The translations under genes were made by a program, and so were the position numbers. A model generated the notes under the pieces. The model was not told the DNA's origin. It searched no databases and saw nothing but the letters and a program-made list of their open reading frames with translations. This document shows, piece after piece, positions 57,686-64,000 of a DNA stretch of 64,000 bases. The stretch is taken from positions 5,945-69,944 of the forward strand of contig JAFVEF010000037.1 in NCBI GenBank assembly GCA_017478105.1. The letters run 5' to 3'. Positions within the stretch are counted from its first letter, which is position 1; the number at the start of each line of letters is the position of its first letter. The DNA comes from Bacilli bacterium (GTDB taxonomy: Bacteria > Bacillota_I > Bacilli_A > RF39 > UBA660).

Positions 57686-58813
57686 TTATTTTAATAAACT
57701 AATTATTACAAGTAGTGCACCTGCTATAAATAAACTAATTATACCTAAAAACATTCCTTCAACTGCTCCACTATATCTATTATCATCTAATGTTTTTACA
57801 TATTGTTTAGCTTTTTCATTCTCTTTAGACATTTCATTGTTCTTATTATAAACATCAATATAATTATTCCATTTTTTGCGATCTTCTTCATCTAAATTTT
57901 CAAGTAATTCAGGATATTCAATAAAAGTCTCAATTTTACTGATAGTATCTTCATCTAATTCATTAAAATCAACACTTTCTTTTTCTAAAGAATTATCTTC
58001 AAAATCATTTGCCAATGCTTCCTTTTGATCCACTTCATTATAAGATGTATTAACTGTTTCAGAAGTATTTATATCATTTACATTAGTTTCTAAAGAATTA
58101 GGTTCTTGATCAATAAAAACATCTTTTTCTTTGTCATAAACAATTTCTCTTATATTATCATCTTGATCTAAATAAAATAAATTTTCAATATTAATTTTTT
58201 GAACGCCTAACTCAGTAGCATGATTAACTAAATAATCTAACTTTTTCTTTTTTTCATCACTCATAGAACTTATTAAATGACTATATTTATCTATCTCATC
58301 TACATAAATCATTTTTAATTCAATATCATTATTTAATCTCTCTTGTTCCAACATTTCATTAGTATTATTCTTATCATCATTAGTTTGAAACTCTTTGTTG
58401 AATGTTTGTTTTTCTTTTAATTGTTCTGTTAAAGACATATCTTTTCTATTTTCTAAAATAACTATTCGTTCTAACTTAGGTGAATAAAACTTAAATATCT
58501 CGATTCCACTATCTAATTTCTTATTTTCAATTTTAGATATATCAAATCCATATGCTTCCTGTATAGCCTTAGTATCTTCATCAACACCTAAACTCTTTTC
58601 TTGTTCCTTTTGATATGCTTCAACATATTTAATTCTTTCTTCTAAAGGCATATCAACAATTCTTTTTAACTCTGCATCATTTTGAACCAATTCATTAATG
58701 GTCGCAATCAATTTTAACTGTTCATCAGTAAAATTAAATTCCTCATTTTTTGCCTGTTTTTCCTGAAATTCATTCAACATCTTCAAATAAAAAATAAAAT
58801 TATCTTTATCCAT
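57686..58813 (-). CDS. Acidic hypothetical protein with a C-terminal TM anchor
   Basis: 375 aa, rich in D, E and N. The last 25 aa are hydrophobic (MFLGIISLFIAGALLVIISLL). Confidence 0.5.
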   Translation of the reverse strand: MDKDNFIFYLKMLNEFQEKQAKNEEFNFTDEQLKLIATINELVQNDAELKRIVDMPLEERIKYVEAYQKEQEKSLGVDEDTKAIQEAYGFDISKIENKKLDSGIEIFKFYSPKLERIVILENRKDMSLTEQLKEKQTFNKEFQTNDDKNNTNEMLEQERLNNDIELKMIYVDEIDKYSHLISSMSDEKKKKLDYLVNHATELGVQKINIENLFYLDQDDNIREIVYDKEKDVFIDQEPNSLETNVNDINTSETVNTSYNEVDQKEALANDFEDNSLEKESVDFNELDEDTISKIETFIEYPELLENLDEEDRKKWNNYIDVYNKNNEMSKENEKAKQYVKTLDDNRYSGAVEGMFLGIISLFIAGALLVIISLLK

Positions 58814-58854
58814 AATATCACCATCCTAATCATATTTATTAACTTTTTTTAGAT

Positions 58855-61170
58855 TCAAGATACATGAACCTTTTTCTTTTTCTTAGAAAAAACTAAATCC
58901 ATAAAATAAGAAAGATTTCTAATAACAGTCATTTCAGCAATTGCAAAAACCAAACATAAAGCTACTGCTTTAATAGAAATATCATCAATATCAAATATAT
59001 TATATAAATAATTAGCACTAATAATAAATCCAAATATACAAATAGCAAAAACCATAATATGATATTTATTTATTGGTCTAGTTATATTCCATAATATATA
59101 AAAACCGACTACAGATATTAAATAAACACTTGCTGTTGCAACTTCAAATGCTTCAATATCAAATAATTCAGCAAAGTAAATCATTCCAACTACAGAGAAA
59201 AATGAAGTTAACGCCGCCGGAATTGCCTTAATTAAAACTTGATAAATAAATCTACCCTCTTGCTTTTTTGAATTTGGTTCAAATGCCAATAAAAATGCTG
59301 GAATACCTATATTAAAAACAGATATTATTGAAACCTGGGTAGGTTTTAATGGATAATTAAAAGCTGCTATTATCGAAAATAATGCTAATAATAAAGAAAA
59401 TAAATTTTTATACAAAAATAATGTTGCCGAACGAGTAATATTATTAATATTTCTTCTTCCTTCATAAATAATATCTTTCATATGAGAAAAATCATTATCT
59501 AACAAAACAATTTGAGAAGCCTCTCTAGCTGCATCACTACCACTTCCCATACTAATAGAACAATCAGCTTCCTTCATGGCTAAAATATCATTTACTCCAT
59601 CACCAGTCATCGCAACTTTTAAACCTTTTTCTTTAAAAGCTTCTATAATCATCTTTTTATCTTCTGGTTTTACTCTACCAAAAACAGTATATTTTAAAAC
59701 AGCATCTCTAATTTTATCATATGAATTCAGCTTACTCATAACAATATATTTATCACTATCTTTTATTTTAACCTTATCCGCAATATTAGATACAGTTATA
59801 GGATTATCACCAGAAATAACTTTTATTACTACACCTTGTTTTTGTAAATAATTAAAAGTCTCTAAAGCATTTTTTCTAATACCATTTTCTAAAACTATAA
59901 ATAAGACCACTTCTTGTTCTTTATTCTTTTCTTTAACCAAAACCAATACTCTTTTACCAGTACTAATATACTCATTTATCTTTTCAAAACAATTATCATA
60001 AATATCTCTATTTAATATCGATTCAGGAGCACCTAATCTATATAATAATTCCCCAACTTCTATCATTGAACATTTTGCCTTAGAACTAAAAGAAACCATT
60101 GAATTATACTTAAATTTTTCCCCTTTTTTAAAATAATCCCTAATAGCATTCATAGTAATATTATTATCCGTAATTGTTTTTGCATAATCTGCAACTATTT
60201 TTTTCCTTTTATCGAGCTCTTTATCATTTAAATTACAATCAGAAAAAACATCAATTACTTTCATTTCATTTGAAGTAATAGTACCTGTCTTATCAACACA
60301 TAAAATATCTACCCTCGCTAAAGATTCAATACTTTTCATATCATGTAAAAGTACCTTTTTCTTAGCCAATCTAGCAGCACTCAAAACTAACGCAACTGTA
60401 ACTAACAAATATAATCCCTCTGGAATCATTCCAATAATTGCTGCAACCATAGAAACACAAGCACTTTTAAAATCAACTCCATTAACATAAACTCCTTGAT
60501 ACAAAAGCGCTAATCCAACAGGTAATACTAAAACACCAGCGATTTTAATAATTAGCTCAATATCATTAATCATCTCTGATTTTTTTTCTTTAATTTCTTT
60601 TGCTTGAGTAGTTAATTTAGAAGCATATGAAGAAGAACCAACTTTAGTTAATTTTACATATACTTTTCCAGATATTATAAAACTACCTGATCTTACTTCA
60701 CTACCATCAACCTTTAAAACCTCATCTGCTTCTCCAGTAAGTAGTGCTTCATTTACCAATCCTTCTCCATCAACAACAACACCATCGGCAGGAATCTGTT
60801 TCCCGCTATCTAAAACAACTAAATCACCTAAAACTAAATCATTAGATGAAACAACCTCTTCCTTACCATCTCTAATAACAGTATAATCACAGACATCTAA
60901 TAAAGCCAAATCATCAAGAATTTTTTTGGCTTTTAATTGTTGGAAAATTCCTATCAAAACATTAGTAACTATTACAGGTAAAAATGTTAAATTTTTAATT
61001 GCGCCAATAAATATAAGTAATAAACTAATAATTAAAAATATTCCATTAAAATAAGTAAATATGTTAAAAAAGACTATTTCAAAAGTACTTTTATTTGTTT
61101 TATTTTTAATATAATTTGTTTTTCCCTCTTCGGTAAGAGACATTACCTCTTCCTTAGTTAATCCATTCAC
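58855..61170 (-). CDS. Cation-transporting P-type ATPase (HAD-IC)
   Basis: 771 aa. TGEA, CVDKTGTITSNEM, MTGDGVNDILAMKEAD. About 8-10 TM segments. Confidence 0.88.
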   Translation of the reverse strand: MNGLTKEEVMSLTEEGKTNYIKNKTNKSTFEIVFFNIFTYFNGIFLIISLLLIFIGAIKNLTFLPVIVTNVLIGIFQQLKAKKILDDLALLDVCDYTVIRDGKEEVVSSNDLVLGDLVVLDSGKQIPADGVVVDGEGLVNEALLTGEADEVLKVDGSEVRSGSFIISGKVYVKLTKVGSSSYASKLTTQAKEIKEKKSEMINDIELIIKIAGVLVLPVGLALLYQGVYVNGVDFKSACVSMVAAIIGMIPEGLYLLVTVALVLSAARLAKKKVLLHDMKSIESLARVDILCVDKTGTITSNEMKVIDVFSDCNLNDKELDKRKKIVADYAKTITDNNITMNAIRDYFKKGEKFKYNSMVSFSSKAKCSMIEVGELLYRLGAPESILNRDIYDNCFEKINEYISTGKRVLVLVKEKNKEQEVVLFIVLENGIRKNALETFNYLQKQGVVIKVISGDNPITVSNIADKVKIKDSDKYIVMSKLNSYDKIRDAVLKYTVFGRVKPEDKKMIIEAFKEKGLKVAMTGDGVNDILAMKEADCSISMGSGSDAAREASQIVLLDNDFSHMKDIIYEGRRNINNITRSATLFLYKNLFSLLLALFSIIAAFNYPLKPTQVSIISVFNIGIPAFLLAFEPNSKKQEGRFIYQVLIKAIPAALTSFFSVVGMIYFAELFDIEAFEVATASVYLISVVGFYILWNITRPINKYHIMVFAICIFGFIISANYLYNIFDIDDISIKAVALCLVFAIAEMTVIRNLSYFMDLVFSKKKKKVHVS

Positions 61171-61224
61171 AACAATCCTTACTCCTTATATAAAAATTAT
61201 AACAAAAAAAGAAAAAGACTACAA

Positions 61225-61473
61225 TCAGTCTTCTACAATCTCACCATGTATTTTAACTAAACAAGAATCAGGACAAAATACATCAAATTCTTTTTTCTTA
61301 GTATTACCACAATCTAAAACCCCATTATTTTTTAAGGCAAATATATATGGATAAGCATTATAAAACAATTCCATACACATATCAGGACATTTATCATCAA
61401 TATAATAAACATCTCCCACTTTATGATATCCACTCCTGCATTTACTTTCAATAACTGTTAATTTAACTCTCAT
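61225..61473 (-). CDS. Small Cys-containing conserved hypothetical (TIGR04076-like)
   Basis: 82 aa. VIESKCRSGYHKVGDVYYIDDKCPDMC. Family assignment is from memory of the pattern only. Confidence 0.35.
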   Translation of the reverse strand: MRVKLTVIESKCRSGYHKVGDVYYIDDKCPDMCMELFYNAYPYIFALKNNGVLDCGNTKKKEFDVFCPDSCLVKIHGEIVED

Positions 61474-61484
61474 ATAACCTCCTA

Positions 61485-62375
61485 TTATTTATTTTTCCTT
61501 TCATTTATCATATCTAAATCAGTTGGAACCATATCAATAAATTCATATAAATTAATTAAAAAATCTTCAGTCTTAGATTGAAAAGAACCAACAGTCGCAA
61601 AAGAATCCTCATTAACCTTTTCTACTCCAGGTAACTTATTAACCATAGAAACACTACATATTTTTGGAATAAAGTAATTAACTGACATAATATTATCTTC
61701 TTTTCTTATTTCTAAAGTAAGAGCATGTCCTCTATCACGAATCATCATAATTACTAAATTAGGAAATATAGAAACTATATCAGTTCGTCCAACGTCTAAA
61801 GAATTTGGAAAACTATTAAAAATTACTTCACCCAAATTATATTTACCACCAAATAATCTTATTTCTTCTAAAGAATCATTATTTTTAGAAGCCACTTTAT
61901 CACAAGACTGCAAAATATCATTATTATTCATAACATAAAAATGTATTAAATGTAAAAGTTCATTAACCGTAGTAGCTTTTTCAATTGAGTTTGTAGGATA
62001 ACGGAAAGTATAACCAACACATTCATCTTTTAAATCAGAAATAAAACTAGGATCAATATCAGTAACATAGTTTTTATAAATATTTCTCAGTTTTACAGTA
62101 TCATCACATCTTTTTAATTCATCAATAAAACTATTTTTCTTTTTATCTATTTTTTCAAGTAACTTAGAATCATTCAAAAAATCAGAACTAATCTTTATTA
62201 ATTCTTCATACATATAAATAACCGAATTATATAAACTATCACTAAATCTAATAAGTTCTTCATTCGTTAAAGTTAAATTCTTAGGAAGAGAATATCTTAT
62301 CATTTCATTTTTAATTCTATTATCCGCAACAAATAAATGTTGTAAATTATTTAAAGTATTATTCATAATTACCAC
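61485..62375 (-). CDS. Hypothetical protein (296 aa)
   Basis: Long ORF between nrdG and the 82-aa gene. No recognisable motif. Confidence 0.45.
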   Translation of the reverse strand: MVIMNNTLNNLQHLFVADNRIKNEMIRYSLPKNLTLTNEELIRFSDSLYNSVIYMYEELIKISSDFLNDSKLLEKIDKKKNSFIDELKRCDDTVKLRNIYKNYVTDIDPSFISDLKDECVGYTFRYPTNSIEKATTVNELLHLIHFYVMNNNDILQSCDKVASKNNDSLEEIRLFGGKYNLGEVIFNSFPNSLDVGRTDIVSIFPNLVIMMIRDRGHALTLEIRKEDNIMSVNYFIPKICSVSMVNKLPGVEKVNEDSFATVGSFQSKTEDFLINLYEFIDMVPTDLDMINERKNK

Positions 62376-62418
62376 CTATACTAAGTATAACAAAAAAAGT
62401 AGATTTTTCAATCTACTT

Positions 62419-62988
62419 TTACACATATATTTGCTTTTTCTTAAATGCAGACTTTTCAAAATATTCATCTTCATCTAATAATACAACTTCATTTTTTTCT
62501 AAAGTTTTTTTCACATCAATTAATCTTTGATTTCTTGATCCTCTAAAAAGTAAGCTAAGATCTCTTTCTTTTAATATAAATCTTCCATCTACTAATATAT
62601 CTATATAAGATAAAATCTCTTTGTAATTTGGATTATTTAATGACATTTTCATTAATTCTTCATAAGTAAATCCCGTATAAACCCAAATATTATAACCTTT
62701 TTCTTTACAATATTTAGCAAGTTCTAAACAAGCATCTACTTGAAACATTGGATCTCCTCCACTAAAAGTTATTCCATCTTGGTTTTCAAGCTCATCTATT
62801 GCTTCTTTTACCATTTCAATAGGAACTAACCCTCCTCCATTAAAATCCCATGTCTGAGGGTTTTGACATCCCTTACAGTGATGAGAACAACCCTGAGTCC
62901 AAATTACCGTTCTAAGACCTGGCCCATCTACAATACTATCACTTTGTAAATCGGCAGCTAATCTTATATATTTACTATTTTGTTCCAT
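62419..62988 (-). CDS. nrdG: Anaerobic ribonucleoside-triphosphate reductase activating protein (radical SAM)
   Basis: 189 aa. GCSHHCKGCQNP matches CxxxCxxC. Its start overlaps the end of the 50-aa glycyl-radical ORF. Confidence 0.9.
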   Translation of the reverse strand: MEQNSKYIRLAADLQSDSIVDGPGLRTVIWTQGCSHHCKGCQNPQTWDFNGGGLVPIEMVKEAIDELENQDGITFSGGDPMFQVDACLELAKYCKEKGYNIWVYTGFTYEELMKMSLNNPNYKEILSYIDILVDGRFILKERDLSLLFRGSRNQRLIDVKKTLEKNEVVLLDEDEYFEKSAFKKKQIYV

Positions 62989-63127
62989 GAGTTACGCGAT
63001 CATTAACTTCTTGTTTTTTAGCGTTATTAAATCTATCTAATGTTCCAACTAAATATCCAGTAATTCTTCTAATACGATCAAATTTAACACCTTCACCAAC
63101 AACTTTAGTTCTCTTTTCTTTTTCCAT
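62975..63127 (-). CDS. 50-aa ORF encoding the NrdD glycyl-radical C-terminal segment
   Basis: Absent from the ORF track. Sequence: MEKEKRTKVVGEGVKFDRIRRITGYLVGTLDRFNNAKKQEVNDRVTHGTK. RxxGY...N.gK..E...RV.H is the class III RNR glycyl-radical motif. AGAGAGGGA RBS. Same frame as nrdD, 7 codons after its TAA. Confidence 0.7.
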   Translation of the reverse strand: MEKEKRTKVVGEGVKFDRIRRITGYLVGTLDRFNNAKKQEVNDRVTHGTK

Positions 63128-63148
63128 TTTAATCCCTCTCTTTCTATA

Positions 63149-64000
63149 TTAACGGCCACAGCCTTCTATACAACTTATTTTTTCATAACTAACGCCTTCA
63201 CCTTCACGACGTCCACATCTAGGACAAACATCTTTAATAACTCCAACATATCCACAAACTGGATCACGATCAACTGGATGATTAATTGCTCCATAACCGA
63301 TATCACAATCATGCATTATACGAACAACTTTTTCAAATGCATCAACATTATTAACAGTATCACCATCTAACTCTACATAAGATATATGACCGGCATTAGT
63401 ATATTTATGATACTTTCCTTCAATTTCCATTTTATGTTTAACTGTAGTTTTATAATAAACTGGAACATGGAAAGAATTAGTATAATAATCTCTATCAGTA
63501 ACTCCCTTAATTTTTCCATAGATTGAACGATCAATAGCAACAAATCTTCCTGATAATCCTTCAGCAGGAGTTGCTAAACAAGTAAAGTTTAAATTATATT
63601 CTTTAGTATATTCATCACATTTTTCTCTCATATGTTTAATTATCTCTAATCCTAATTTTTGAGCTTTATCACTTTCACCATGATGTTCACCAATTAAAGC
63701 TTTTAATGTCTCTGCAAGTCCAATAAATCCAATAGATAATGTTCCATGTTTTAAAACAGTTCTAATCTTAGAATTATTATCTAATTTTTCACTATTTAAC
63801 CATACATGAGAACCAAGTAAGAATTTAAAATTATTTCTTGATTTAGAACATTGACATTCAAATCTTTGTAATAATTGCCCTTTAACTAAATCCATCAATT
63901 CATCCAATTCATTATAGAAACCTTTCATATCAGCTTTATCTCTTTCACCTAGACAAATTCCATACTTAATTCCTAAACGTGGAAGATTTATTGAAGTAAA
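63149..64000 (-). CDS. nrdD: Anaerobic ribonucleoside-triphosphate reductase NrdD (N-terminus off the right edge; ends at an in-frame TAA before the glycyl-radical motif)
   Basis: The frame is open to position 64000. Zn-ribbon CGYVG...CPRCG...CIEGCGR* at the end. Confidence 0.88.
   Translation of the reverse strand, partial: FTSINLPRLGIKYGICLGERDKADMKGFYNELDELMDLVKGQLLQRFECQCSKSRNNFKFLLGSHVWLNSEKLDNNSKIRTVLKHGTLSIGFIGLAETLKALIGEHHGESDKAQKLGLEIIKHMREKCDEYTKEYNLNFTCLATPAEGLSGRFVAIDRSIYGKIKGVTDRDYYTNSFHVPVYYKTTVKHKMEIEGKYHKYTNAGHISYVELDGDTVNNVDAFEKVVRIMHDCDIGYGAINHPVDRDPVCGYVGVIKDVCPRCGRREGEGVSYEKISCIEGCGR

Overview
Very AT-rich (roughly 25-30% GC by eye, not computed) chromosomal segment of a low-GC Firmicute. 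Gene content and synteny are Bacilli/Erysipelotrichia-like. DUF285/BspA surface proteins hint at the Erysipelotrichia or a Mollicutes-related lineage; that placement is inference. The standard bacterial code applies: TGA ends relA and mutM at their natural C-termini.

Almost all genes lie on the minus strand. The core backbone is murE; ftsZ-ftsA-divIB-murB-murG; tmcAL-gmk; pyk; mutM-polA; lexA; tcdA; aspS-hisS behind a T-box; dtd-relA-secDF; xerC; topA; rnhB; rbgA; folD; a P-type ATPase; nrdG-nrdD.

The backbone is interrupted by accessory material:
- A four-member surface-protein family with a shared N-terminal module and swapped C-terminal modules (DUF6273-like or DUF285/BspA repeats). One member is broken by an in-frame TGA at a conserved Trp.
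- An apparently intact IS3-family element inserted into the loop of the lexA/tcdA bidirectional terminator.
- A roughly 1000-aa modular type IV pilin-like protein with no pilus machinery nearby.
- A 5.5-kb array of three cargo cassettes, each bounded by a decoy copy of the rbgA promoter and first ~10 codons (att-like accretion, no recombinase in view).

Other calls:
- A 6S-RNA candidate in the aspS-tcdA interval, where B. subtilis bsrA lies.
- An unannotated 49-aa membrane ORF, divergent from lexA, whose consensus promoter has a LexA box in its spacer.
- An nrdD whose glycyl-radical tail is a separate 50-aa ORF behind an in-frame TAA.
- A HisRS with a Cys/His/acidic-rich tail.

No tRNA, rRNA or CRISPR array was seen. 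All homology statements come from motif recognition by eye. No database search was run.
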